Shown one piece after another: positions 8,618-17,580 of a stretch of DNA of 49,319 bases (positions are counted from its first letter, which is position 1; each line of letters begins with the position of its first letter). The DNA lies in assembly GCA_045805005.1 (NCBI GenBank), contig JBJMMB010000407.1, positions 1 to 49,319 on the forward strand, read 5' to 3'. The position numbers and the translations under genes were made by a program. The stretch is from Chloroflexia bacterium (GTDB lineage: Bacteria; Chloroflexota; Chloroflexia; QHBQ01; JADMIH01). The notes beneath the pieces were generated by a model, which worked only from the letters and a program-made list of their open reading frames with translations, made no database searches and had not been told where the DNA came from.

Positions 8618-9568
8618 ATGAGTAACGTGGTAACCCCCCAGGCTCCAACGAGGCCATCGGCGAGGGAGGAACCGGCCCCCATGGTTGTGGCGGCCAGGCG
8701 GCGCAGGCCTATCAGCCAGGATAAGCTCATCGCCATACTCATGGTACTGCCTTCGATCATCGCCATAGCCATCTTCGTCTATGGCTTCATCGCGGTCAAC
8801 GGCTGGTCCGCGCTCACCAATTGGAAGGGCCTGGCCCCCATGAACCGGTTCGGCCCCATCAGCTTCCCGGCCGCCGATTTCACCGGCCTACGCAACTTCC
8901 AGATTATCTTCAACGACCCCAGGTTTCAAATCGACCTTCGCAATAATGCCGTTTTCACCGTTGCCTTCCTGGTAGGCTGCACGGTCCTGGGCCTCCTTCT
9001 GGCGATATTGCTGGACCAGCACATCAAAGGTGAGAGCTTCTTCCGTAACGTCTTCCTCTTCCCAATGGCCCTCTCCTTCGTGGTTACCGGCACCATCTGG
9101 CGCTGGGTTTTCCTCGACCTGGGCTGGGTCACCAACCGCAACCTGGCCCTGGCCGCCGTGATAGTCGCGGCCGTGTGGCAAATGTCCGGCTTCACCATGG
9201 CCATGTTCCTCGCTGCTCTTCGCGGCATCCCCGACGAGCTGCGGGAGGCCGCGCGAGTCGATGGAGCCAGTGAGATAAGCCTCTATCGCCACATCGTCAT
9301 CCCGCTGATCAATCCCATCATCCTCTCTGCGCTCATCATCCTCGGCCATATTTCGCTCAAGATATTCGACCTGGTATACGTGATGACCGGGTCCAGCAAG
9401 TCTCTCGGCTTCGTCACAGATATGCCCTCCCTCTATATGTGGCAACTGGCTTTCAACGACAATCTGTACGGTCGTGCGGCGGCCATCTCGGCAATAATGC
9501 TGGTGCTGGTGGCAATCGTGATAGTGCCTTACCTGGTGGTCAACAGGCGATCGGAGGCCGGCTCATGA
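8618..9568 (+). CDS. Carbohydrate ABC transporter permease (MalF/UgpA-like)
   Basis: 316 aa, 6 TM. EAA-loop-like LAALRGIPDELREAARVDGAS. Confidence 0.85.
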   Translation: MSNVVTPQAPTRPSAREEPAPMVVAARRRRPISQDKLIAILMVLPSIIAIAIFVYGFIAVNGWSALTNWKGLAPMNRFGPISFPAADFTGLRNFQIIFNDPRFQIDLRNNAVFTVAFLVGCTVLGLLLAILLDQHIKGESFFRNVFLFPMALSFVVTGTIWRWVFLDLGWVTNRNLALAAVIVAAVWQMSGFTMAMFLAALRGIPDELREAARVDGASEISLYRHIVIPLINPIILSALIILGHISLKIFDLVYVMTGSSKSLGFVTDMPSLYMWQLAFNDNLYGRAAAISAIMLVLVAIVIVPYLVVNRRSEAGS

Positions 9569-10437
9569 GCGCTTCTGCCTCGGCTCTCGAAACCACACGT
9601 TCCGAAACCACCCGCAAAAGAAGCACTCCGTGGTGGATATACATCATCCTCGGGCTCTTAGCTCTCTTTTTCCTGGTGCCCGTCTACGTGGCTATCATGA
9701 CTTCGCTCAAAAGCATCCAGGAGGTCACCAACAGCAGCATCTGGGAGCCCCCAAAATCCATTACATTTGACAACTTCCGTAAGGCCTTCGACGTGTTGGG
9801 CCCCGGCTTCCGCAATAGCTTCCTGCTGGTGATACCGGGGGTTATCATATCCGCCGTGCTCGGTAGCATGAACGGCTATGTCCTCTCCAAGTGGAGGTTT
9901 CCCGGCTCCGAATTGATCTTCACGCTGCTGCTGTTCGGCATGTTCATACCCTACCAGAGCATCCTCATCCCCCTGGTTCAGTTCATGCAGTCGATCCCCG
10001 GCCTCTACGCCAGCATACCTGGCCTCATCCTGGTGCACGTGATATATGGCATACCCATCACCACGCTCATCTTCCGCAACTATTACGTCGGCGTGCCCAC
10101 CGAGCTCATAGAATCCGGCACCGTCGACGGCGCGGGCTTCTTCGCCATCTACAAGGACATCGTCTTCCCCCTCAGCCTGCCCGCTTTCGTGGTCGTGATG
10201 ATCTGGCAGTTCACCGCGATCTGGAACGAGTTCCTCTTCGCCGTCACCCTCAACAGCAACCCCGCCTCCCAACCCGTGACCGTGGCCCTCGCCGGCCTCG
10301 GCTCCAGCCAGTCGGGCACCGACTACGGCATGCAAATGGCCGGCTCCCTCATGACCGCCCTCCCCACCCTCCTGGTCTACATCTTCCTGGGCCGCTACTT
10401 CATCCGCGGCCTCCTCGCCGGCTCCGTCAAAGGATAG
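9565..10437 (+). CDS. Carbohydrate ABC transporter permease (MalG/UgpE-like)
   Basis: The ATG at 9565 overlaps the upstream stop (ATGA). The 9439 ORF extension is out of character. EAA-like ESGTVDGAGFFAIYKDIVFP. Confidence 0.85.
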   Translation: MSASASALETTRSETTRKRSTPWWIYIILGLLALFFLVPVYVAIMTSLKSIQEVTNSSIWEPPKSITFDNFRKAFDVLGPGFRNSFLLVIPGVIISAVLGSMNGYVLSKWRFPGSELIFTLLLFGMFIPYQSILIPLVQFMQSIPGLYASIPGLILVHVIYGIPITTLIFRNYYVGVPTELIESGTVDGAGFFAIYKDIVFPLSLPAFVVVMIWQFTAIWNEFLFAVTLNSNPASQPVTVALAGLGSSQSGTDYGMQMAGSLMTALPTLLVYIFLGRYFIRGLLAGSVKG

Positions 10438-10444
10438 TATCTAG

Positions 10445-10491
10445 AAACAGCAACCACCCAGAGGCCTCCGGCTTCTGGGTGGTTGCTGTTT
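10445..10491. terminator. Bidirectional stem-loop between convergent genes
   Basis: aaacagcaaccacccaga / tctgggtggttgctgttt form an 18-bp perfect stem. It is extendable to about 22 bp with one G-U pair. Confidence 0.7.
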
Positions 10492-10498
10492 GGATGAA

Positions 10499-10981
10499 TT
10501 AAGAATGAGGGTGGCGGGCGGTGTGCTCGACCTTCATGCAGCGGTTCATGACCACCGTCAGCCCGGCTTCCCCGGCTATCCGCGCCGCCTCGTGGTTGGC
10601 GATGCCCAACTGCAGCCACAGCACCCCGGCCCCGATCTCCGCCGCCTCCCGTGCGATGGCGGGCGTCTGCTCCGCCCTTCGGAACACGTCCACCACGTCC
10701 ACCCTCTCCGGTATGTCGCCAAGAGCCGGATAAGCCTTTTCCCCCAGCACGCTCGTTTCGCTGGGGTTGACCGGTATTATCCTGTACCCCTGCGACTGCA
10801 AGTAGGTAGCCACGGCTAAGCTCGGACTGGTGGCCTTGCTTGAGAGCCCTACCATCGCTATCGTTTTCCCGGCCAGCCCGCGCTCTATCGCCTCGGTGCT
10901 GTTCACAGGAGAGTGCTCACGTCCGTCATCTGCTGATCCATCAGCCTCGCTCTCGTTCAATTTATCTGCCGGCATTATCAT
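10499..10981 (-). CDS. CoA-binding domain protein (YccU/YneT-like)
   Basis: 160 aa. IAMVGLSSK...YLQSQGYRIIPVNP...VDVVDVFRR...GAGVLWLQLG. Confidence 0.8.
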   Translation of the reverse strand: MIMPADKLNESEADGSADDGREHSPVNSTEAIERGLAGKTIAMVGLSSKATSPSLAVATYLQSQGYRIIPVNPSETSVLGEKAYPALGDIPERVDVVDVFRRAEQTPAIAREAAEIGAGVLWLQLGIANHEAARIAGEAGLTVVMNRCMKVEHTARHPHS

Positions 10982-11166
10982 TATGTTATCACTCCGTTTG
11001 ATATTAGCCTGATATAGTCCTGGTTATCGTTGCTCGCCCACAGAAGATAATAACACAATTACCCACAGGTTCAGCCTCCAGACCGATACACCCCCCTCGA
11101 TTACCCTATATAATCTGCCCACGCCTTATCACCTGTGCCGGTTTGTTTTGCTTTGCAGGAGCACCA

Positions 11167-12597
11167 ATGGCCCTCGACGAGATCCAGGAAGCGCAAACAG
11201 TTGATTTCCAGAGCACAACCGCTCCCGCGGCGGGACCTCCTAACGAGGCCCCTCTGGAAGCGGCCGCCGCTGATGGAACTCTCACCGCGGAGGCTACCGA
11301 GCAGTCTAGCGTCTCACTCCGCGGGGCCCGCGATTTCTGGCTCGTCTGGTCGGGGCAGAGTGTCTCCATGCTGGGCGATGGGCTCTACGGCATCGCCATG
11401 GCCTGGTGGATCACCCAGGAACTCGGCTCGGCCACGGCCCTCGCGGGCTATGCCCTCTGCTGGTTCATACCCAGCGTCACCCTCCCCTTCATCGCCGGCT
11501 CCCTCATCGACCGCACAAACCGCAAAACCCTGATCGCCATCATGGACGGCGCGCAGGGCCTTGCCGTTACGGCCCTGGCGGCCCTCCTGGCCACGGGCAA
11601 CCTGCAGTTATGGCAGGTGTACGCGGGTGCGGTGATCCTCTCCGCGTGCAGCGCCATTCACGGCCCGGCCCTCGACTCCTCCATCCCCAATCTCGTGCCG
11701 GAGGCCGCCCTAGCCCGCGCCAACGGCCTCTACGCCACCTCTGGCAGCGTGAGCAATATCGCCGGCCCCCTCTTCGGCGGCACCCTGGTGGGGTTGGTAG
11801 GCCTGCCCGTCACCATGGTCATAAACGCCCTCAGCTTCTGGTTCGCTACCGTGGCTACCCTCCTGGCCAAGATCCCCTCGCCCAAAGCTGACGACGGTGG
11901 CGGCAAGAGCGCCTTCCGCAAGCTGGTGGACGACGCTACCTACGGCTACAGGTGGATATGGGCCCACCGGGCCATCCTCTACCTCCTGCTTATCTTCACC
12001 ACCTGCAACTTCCTCATCGCGCCCACCTACCCGCTCGAAGCCCTCATCATTAAGGACCGGCTTGCTCCCAATGCCGAGTCCTTCGGCATGAGCGGGGCCT
12101 TCGTCTTCGGCCTGGTCAGCGGCGCGATGGCCGTGGGCACCCTCATCGGGGCCCTCTTCTTCAGCCGCGGCTTCGCCATCAAGCCCATGGCCTGGGGCGT
12201 CTGCATCGGCTGGGCCATAGGTGGCCTCGCCGAGATCGTCTTCGGCCTCTCCACCCTGGTGCCCCTTTCCCTCGGGGTCGGTCTGGTCATAGGAGTATTC
12301 GGCCCCCTGGTCAACATCCCCAGCCAGACCATCTGGATGTCCTACACGCCCGACGCCGAGCGGGGCCGCATCTTCGCCGCCCGCCGCACCATCGCCTGGG
12401 GCATCCAGCCCATATCCATCGCCATGGGCGGCCTCCTAGCCGAGCAAATCGGCCCCAGCGCCCTCTTCGTGGGCTCCGGCCTCATCATCACAGTAATCGC
12501 CCTGGCCAACCTGATATTCAACAAAACAATCCGCACCCTCTACGCCCCCGACCTCACCCCCGAAGCCACCACCCGCGGCCTCATCTACCGGAGGTAA
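11167..12597 (+). CDS. MFS transporter (EntS/MFS_3-like)
   Basis: 12-TM hydrophobic pattern. AGGAG lies 5 nt upstream of the ATG at 11167; the ORF track start at 11143 is less likely. Confidence 0.8.
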   Translation: MALDEIQEAQTVDFQSTTAPAAGPPNEAPLEAAAADGTLTAEATEQSSVSLRGARDFWLVWSGQSVSMLGDGLYGIAMAWWITQELGSATALAGYALCWFIPSVTLPFIAGSLIDRTNRKTLIAIMDGAQGLAVTALAALLATGNLQLWQVYAGAVILSACSAIHGPALDSSIPNLVPEAALARANGLYATSGSVSNIAGPLFGGTLVGLVGLPVTMVINALSFWFATVATLLAKIPSPKADDGGGKSAFRKLVDDATYGYRWIWAHRAILYLLLIFTTCNFLIAPTYPLEALIIKDRLAPNAESFGMSGAFVFGLVSGAMAVGTLIGALFFSRGFAIKPMAWGVCIGWAIGGLAEIVFGLSTLVPLSLGVGLVIGVFGPLVNIPSQTIWMSYTPDAERGRIFAARRTIAWGIQPISIAMGGLLAEQIGPSALFVGSGLIITVIALANLIFNKTIRTLYAPDLTPEATTRGLIYRR

Positions 12598-12603
12598 TAT
12601 AAG

Positions 12604-12648
12604 GGGGTGCAGGGGTCTCCCTGCCGGGGGCTTGGGGGTGTCCCCCAA
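12604..12648 (+). repeat. DH45 double-hairpin repeat
   Basis: ggggtgcaggggtctccctgccgggggcttgggggtgtcccccaa, between the convergent MFS and GH38 genes. It may act as a terminator. Confidence 0.9.
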
Positions 12649-12662
12649 CTATTCCCTTTCCC

Positions 12663-15305
12663 CTACTCCAACCTCAGAGTTACGATCTCATACCCTCCCA
12701 GGCACACGACCGGCCCAACCGGCTGCGGGTGCTTCTCATCCAACCTGCAACGGTGGATAGAGGAGAACGCCCCACTGACCCTGGCCTCCGTTGGGGTGCC
12801 TGAAGGGTTGTAGATGCGGAGTATCACGCCTTTGCCATCCTCCGCGCCTTTGAGGGTCGAGAAGGCGAAGCCCTCGCCTTCAACCTCCAGCAGCCCGTTC
12901 GCTTCCATCCCTGCGGGCCCACAGCCAAAATCAGTCCGGTAGTCCTGCCCGGCCCGCGTGAGCGCCGCGTCGCTCTCATTATCAATGAAGCGCACGGCGT
13001 ATTGGAAGGTGTAAGACCCCTGGCACTGCGCCCCCGGCGTTTCGAGGGGTGGTCCCGCGTGACCAGGTCGCGTGCCCAGGTCGTCGCGGCTCAGCCACCC
13101 TACGCAGCGAAGCAGCGTCAGCGCCAGGTCCACGCCCCCCGCGTCATTCGGCACCGCCTCGTACTCCGGCAGCCCCCTGGTCATCAGCGCCAGCTTGCCC
13201 GAGGTCGCCGTGCCCAGCATGTGGTGCGTTTCCGCGGGCGGCTCGTACCAGCCCCGCCCGCTCCACGCTGGCTTCGCAGACCTCGTTAGCATCGCGAAGT
13301 GCCCCTCCACCCGCACTTCCTGCCCCGAGCCGGGGGCGGGGAAGAGCACCCGCAGCCGGTGGTCATGCGCACGATTGGTCACCGTCGTCTCAAACTCTAT
13401 GCGGTCCACGCCCGCCGCCAGCCTCACCCTCGTGCTGATGGGGCAGGCCACTATGTCCTTGCTGCGCCCCTTTCTGGAAGTGGTCAGCGCCCTCCCCAAC
13501 CTGGCCGTCAGTTCAATTTGCAACTCCGCCACCACGGGGCCACCCGACTTAACCCGCACCCTCGCCTGCATCTCGCGGCTATCCCACGTACTCTCCCCCT
13601 CAAGCGGTGAGAAGTTGTACTCGTCGCCGCGGTCCGTCCGATCCTCCAGGTAGTGCAGGCCCTGGAACACCTCACCGGTGCGCTTTGCCAGTACGCTCAG
13701 CGTGCCATCGAGCCCCGCCTCCACCCTGTAGAACTCGTTCTCGATAGCTTTCGGGCCGCACGTTCGGGCCGCGCTCCCGGCGGGATCACCCTTGCACGCC
13801 CGCAACCGCACCTGGCTCGTGCCCATCCCCGGCACCGTGAACACCGCTATGCCCTTCGTTTCCCCCTCTCGGCTCGTAACCTGCACCGGCCCGATCCCGC
13901 TTTCAGTCTCGGCCACTATCTCCTTCGCGTCCTCCAACCCCGGCGGTATCAGCAGCTCGACCGCCCTGGTACGTGACCAGGGCAGCGTGTTCGCCAGGCT
14001 TTGGGCCTCTCCACCGGCCTCACGGTAGCTGTACCGCTCCTTCGTCCCAGCCAGCGCCGCCTTCGCCTCGCGTTTGATCCGCTTGATCACCAGGCGTGCG
14101 CTCTGGTAGCGGTGCATCATCGCCTCGTGCACCTCGTCCACCGAGCACCCGCATATCGAGTCGTGCGGGTGGTTGGCTAGCACCTTTCGCCAGGCGTGGT
14201 TTAGCTCTGCAGCCGGGTAGCGGTAGCTGAACTCCCCACCGCCTCGCGCCCTGTGCTTCATTGAGGCCAGCGCGGCCAGCGTCTCCGCGATCCCCAGCGC
14301 CTGCTCCGCTGCCTCGTTGGCCTGCTTCAGGTAGATCCGGGTGGAATTGACGCCCCTCAACACCGGCTGCTCGCGGCCCCCGCAAAGCTCGCCCTGGTAG
14401 GTCTTCACATTGGTCGTGTACTCCGAGATGGCCTTCACATACTGGGTAAACGTAGCTATCTTGAATGAGGCCCCAGGCATCCTATCTCGGCACTCGGCCA
14501 GGATGCCTGGCAGATTGCCCTGGATCGCCCGGTGATCTGTGCCGTTGCATAGCAGCACGTCCTTCATGCCCACGATCTCCAACTGCTTTCCATAGCGCTC
14601 CATGATCTCCCCGATGCGCTCCACCGCCGCCTGCGGCCACAATTCGGGCACGTCGCCCACCTCGCCTCCGCGGCCTGTCCAGTAGCCCAGCCCCGCGGCG
14701 TTCCCGTACCCGTCGAGCTGGCGCACCGCGAGCACCCGGCTGCCATCCGGCCCCTCCCACGAGAAGACCGCCCCCAACTCCTCGGCCTCGTCCCCCAACC
14801 CCCGGCTGAACATGAAACTTTTGATCCCCAGGCCGTTCGCCAACTGCGGCGTCTGCGCGATGTGCCCGAACGTGTCAGGCTCGTACCACACCTCCATCGG
14901 CGACCCGCCGTACCGCTCGCATACCTGCCTGCCTATCATGACGTTACGCACCAGCGCTTCCTGCCCCACCAGGTACGTGTCGGGCAGCACGTAGAATGGC
15001 CCCGCCTCCATCCGCCCGGAGGCCAGCAGTCGCCTCAGTCGCTCCTCCTGCCAGGGCCGGATTTCCAGGTAGTCCTCCAGCACAATCGACTGTCCATCCA
15101 GCGTGAAATGGCTGAACGTAGGGTCCTTCTCCAACACGTCCAGCACCTCGTCTACCGTCACCGCCAACCGCATCTGGAAGTCCTCGAAAGGCATATACCA
15201 CTCGCGGTCCCAGTGGGTGTGGGGCACCACCCAGAAATCGAACTGCTTTGCGGGCTTGGGCGCCTTCGTCCCCCGCTTAGCGGACCTCACCGTCTCGCTT
15301 ACCAT
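12663..15305 (-). CDS. Glycoside hydrolase family 38 alpha-mannosidase
   Basis: 880 aa. The N-terminal VVPHTHWDREWY is a GH38 hallmark. The size and the downstream DHR/HPHDS motifs are consistent. AAGGAGA ribosome-binding site. Confidence 0.9.
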   Translation of the reverse strand: MVSETVRSAKRGTKAPKPAKQFDFWVVPHTHWDREWYMPFEDFQMRLAVTVDEVLDVLEKDPTFSHFTLDGQSIVLEDYLEIRPWQEERLRRLLASGRMEAGPFYVLPDTYLVGQEALVRNVMIGRQVCERYGGSPMEVWYEPDTFGHIAQTPQLANGLGIKSFMFSRGLGDEAEELGAVFSWEGPDGSRVLAVRQLDGYGNAAGLGYWTGRGGEVGDVPELWPQAAVERIGEIMERYGKQLEIVGMKDVLLCNGTDHRAIQGNLPGILAECRDRMPGASFKIATFTQYVKAISEYTTNVKTYQGELCGGREQPVLRGVNSTRIYLKQANEAAEQALGIAETLAALASMKHRARGGGEFSYRYPAAELNHAWRKVLANHPHDSICGCSVDEVHEAMMHRYQSARLVIKRIKREAKAALAGTKERYSYREAGGEAQSLANTLPWSRTRAVELLIPPGLEDAKEIVAETESGIGPVQVTSREGETKGIAVFTVPGMGTSQVRLRACKGDPAGSAARTCGPKAIENEFYRVEAGLDGTLSVLAKRTGEVFQGLHYLEDRTDRGDEYNFSPLEGESTWDSREMQARVRVKSGGPVVAELQIELTARLGRALTTSRKGRSKDIVACPISTRVRLAAGVDRIEFETTVTNRAHDHRLRVLFPAPGSGQEVRVEGHFAMLTRSAKPAWSGRGWYEPPAETHHMLGTATSGKLALMTRGLPEYEAVPNDAGGVDLALTLLRCVGWLSRDDLGTRPGHAGPPLETPGAQCQGSYTFQYAVRFIDNESDAALTRAGQDYRTDFGCGPAGMEANGLLEVEGEGFAFSTLKGAEDGKGVILRIYNPSGTPTEARVSGAFSSIHRCRLDEKHPQPVGPVVCLGGYEIVTLRLE

Positions 15306-15598
15306 ATTATTGCCGTCTCCTTCTAGTGCTTGGTGCCCGCCGGCACCTGCCTACCTTTTCCAGGTAGACCGAAATAGACCCCAACTCATAGGGCCCGAAC
15401 GCGAACAACAAAAATACCGGAAGCGAACCGCCCTATTGCTCAGACCGGTTCCCTTCCCCTCGATTATAGCACACCTTGGAGGGGGACATTAAGTGGATTT
15501 AAGTACTGGATTAGGCCTTACTCATTCTCTATCAAAGACCTGGATCCGTAGGGGCGCCGCTTGCTGCGCCCTGTGTTTCTACCACCCAACGTCCCACC

Positions 15599-15707
15599 GT
15601 AGGGGCAGGCCCCCGTTGCCTGCCCAGGTCGTGTACCACCAAGGCCGGAATTAGCGCACGAGGGCAGGCAGCACGGGGTCCCCTCTGGGGCTGGGGCCTG
15701 CCCCTAC
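15599..15707. repeat. 109-nt GTAGGGGCAGGCCCC...GGGGCCTGCCCCTAC MITE-like palindromic element
   Basis: Terminal inverted repeats. The 3' 58 nt (attagcgcacgagggcaggcagcacggggtcccctctggggctggggcctgcccctac) are identical to 46210-46267. A shorter gtaggggcgc hairpin lies at 15548-15573. Confidence 0.85.
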
Positions 15708-15836
15708 GACTGCGGGCTGCCGATAATGATTAAGCCTGGGGTATTGGATACTCCACCGCCCCGCCGGCCACCAGGCGCTGGAGCCTATGATGGACGCCGT
15801 ACTACCGGCAGTAAGCAATATGACCGCCCCGCGGCC

Positions 15837-16325
15837 CTAATCCCCGCGAAGCTGCGCCCTGGCGATACCCCACCCCGCGCCTTGAACCAGCCCCTCCTCC
15901 AACACCGCCACCACCAGGTCGGGCCACCCCAGCTTCCGCACCGCCCGCCGCCGCAGCTCGTAGCTCGCGTACGTAGAAGCCGCCCCCGCCACCCCACCGA
16001 GGATCGCCCCGGCGAGAGGCGAGCGGCGCTCCCGAGCAAACACTGCCGCCCCGACGAACGCCCCCATGCATACCCGCCAGGTGAGCAGCACCGGGTGCGT
16101 GCGCCGTGGCGGTAGCGGCGTCTTATCCACCAGGCTCTCCCCCAGGGCCGACAGGACCGTGAAAGCCAGCGCCTTCCGCGATGCCAGGATGCCAAAGGGC
16201 GTGCCCTCCAACCCACCGGGATCCCGTGTCGCCACGTAGCTCAGCCAGGCCGGAGCCGACCACGAGCGCATCCCCGCGAGCGCGGACAGGCCCAGATCCC
16301 GCACCGGCCTGAACTGCCCGCTCAT
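15837..16325 (-). CDS. Small integral membrane protein, DUF4126-like
   Basis: 162 aa. GESLVDKTPLPPRRT followed by Gly/Ala-rich TM segments. ATGA overlap with the upstream yjbQ-like gene. Confidence 0.55.
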   Translation of the reverse strand: MSGQFRPVRDLGLSALAGMRSWSAPAWLSYVATRDPGGLEGTPFGILASRKALAFTVLSALGESLVDKTPLPPRRTHPVLLTWRVCMGAFVGAAVFARERRSPLAGAILGGVAGAASTYASYELRRRAVRKLGWPDLVVAVLEEGLVQGAGWGIARAQLRGD

Positions 16326-16738
16326 TCGCCCATCACCTGAGCCACGATTTCCCGCTGCCGAGGCCTCGTATCGAAGTCCACAACAACAATCTGCTGCCAG
16401 GTGCCAACCGCCAGTCTCCCGTCCGTGAAAGGCACCACCAGCGACGGTCCCAGCAGCGCGGCCCGAACGTGGCTGTGCCCGTTATCGTCATGCCACCTCA
16501 ACTCATGCTTATACTCCGCGTCCCGCGGCGTGATCTCCTCAAACACCCTCCCCAAATCCTCCACCGCCCCCGGCTCGAACTCTATAGTGGTCAGCCCCAC
16601 GGTCGACCCCACCCCGAACAGCGCCACCACCCCACTCCTCACCCCCGACTCCCCAATAACCCGCCCTACGGCCACCGTAATATCCACAGTATCCCCATCC
16701 CCCTGCGTGCCAACGTTGATCCTCTTGGTCACGACCAT
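16322..16738 (-). CDS. YjbQ / UPF0047 family protein (secondary thiamine-phosphate synthase-like)
   Basis: 138 aa. VDITVAV...GVVALFGVGSTVGLTTIEFEPG...HSHVRAALLGPSLVVPF..GRLAVGTWQQIVVVDFD. AAGGAGG ribosome-binding site. Confidence 0.85.
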   Translation of the reverse strand: MVVTKRINVGTQGDGDTVDITVAVGRVIGESGVRSGVVALFGVGSTVGLTTIEFEPGAVEDLGRVFEEITPRDAEYKHELRWHDDNGHSHVRAALLGPSLVVPFTDGRLAVGTWQQIVVVDFDTRPRQREIVAQVMGE

Positions 16739-16760
16739 GTGCTACCCCTCCTTTCTTATC

Positions 16761-16987
16761 GGGTGCAGCGGTCTCCCTGCCAGGGCTGTCCCCCTACTCT
16801 CATTTCTTCCCAAGGGGCGCAAGGGTCCCCCTGACGGGGGTTTGGGGGTGCCCCAACCCTGCCTTCTCCCCCAACAACGGGGTGCAGGGGTCTCCCTGCC
16901 GGGGTTTGGGGGTGTCCCCCAACTACCTCCTTTCCCACAAAAAGGGGTGCAGGGGTCTCCCTGCCGGGGGCTTGGGGGTGTCCCCCA
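16761..16987 (+). repeat. Tandem array of four DH45 units with CT-rich tails (about 51-66-nt period)
   Basis: Units at 16761-16795 (degenerate), 16814-16856, 16879-16922 and 16944-16987. The inter-unit tails are mutually similar pyrimidine tracts. Confidence 0.9.
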
Positions 16988-16989
16988 TG

Positions 16990-17424
16990 CTACCCTCCCC
17001 TAACCTTCCTCGGCGTGATCCTGAGGGGCAGCGAGTACTGCGACGCGAAGTACTCAGGCGTCTTGAAGCTGCGCTCGATGTACTCCTTGTACTTATCGAC
17101 GTACACCGTATTCCGGTCGGCGGGCGGCTCTTCCTCTACGATGCGAGCCTCTCCCGTGATCACGATGATATCGCCGCCCCGCCCATTCCCGTCCAAGTTG
17201 AGCGACACCCGCGGATTGCGCTTGATGTTCGCCACCCGCCCTGCATGTGGCAGGCTGTACACCAGGACGCTTGCCCCATCCCACAGGAACCACACCGGGT
17301 TAGGCTGAGGCGTCCCATCCGCCCCCACCGTAGTCAGCCAGATAATCACCTCATCCCGCAGCCTTTGAGCCACCCGCGCCCCAAAAGGGGTCGAAGCCGA
17401 GGGCATAACCGAGTTCTCATCCAT
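16990..17424 (-). CDS. PPOX-class (pyridoxamine 5'-phosphate oxidase-like) probable F420-dependent oxidoreductase
   Basis: 144 aa. IIWLTTVGADGTPQPNPVWFLWDGASVLVYS...RNPRVSLNLD is the family pattern. Confidence 0.8.
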   Translation of the reverse strand: MDENSVMPSASTPFGARVAQRLRDEVIIWLTTVGADGTPQPNPVWFLWDGASVLVYSLPHAGRVANIKRNPRVSLNLDGNGRGGDIIVITGEARIVEEEPPADRNTVYVDKYKEYIERSFKTPEYFASQYSLPLRITPRKVRGG

Positions 17425-17580
17425 TTTCTTGCGTCTCCTCTATAGTGTCGATTTACCGTTATCAAAGTTAGTACGCATATCCGGTGCCAGCCTCTATTAT
17501 AGTCCCTAAGCCGCCCAGAGCCCGCCCGTTTCCGCCAGCCACTCCGCGACCCTATCAGCCGCCCGCGACACGTCGCTGTC

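Noticed and set aside
12607-12813. Small ORFs translating the DH45 repeat as GVQGSPCRGLGGVPQ. Others are at 16882-17445, 21403-21615 and 33426-33863.
   Set aside because: They are generated by the repeat itself, overlap well-supported genes on the other strand and have no independent coding signal.
15726-16325. Overlapping Arg/Gly/Pro-rich ORFs (15726-16115 plus strand; 15785-16216 and 15802-16071 minus strand).
   Set aside because: They are off-frame or antisense to the DUF4126-like membrane protein gene. Their composition is non-protein-like.
16761-16987. CRISPR-like regular spacing of a structured ~45-nt repeat. The same applies to 1-158 and 33544-33657.
   Set aside because: The sequences between repeats are about 20-nt pyrimidine tracts that resemble one another, not unique spacers. 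Single copies are dispersed across the window. The repeat is a double hairpin unlike known CRISPR repeats. No cas genes or leader are present.
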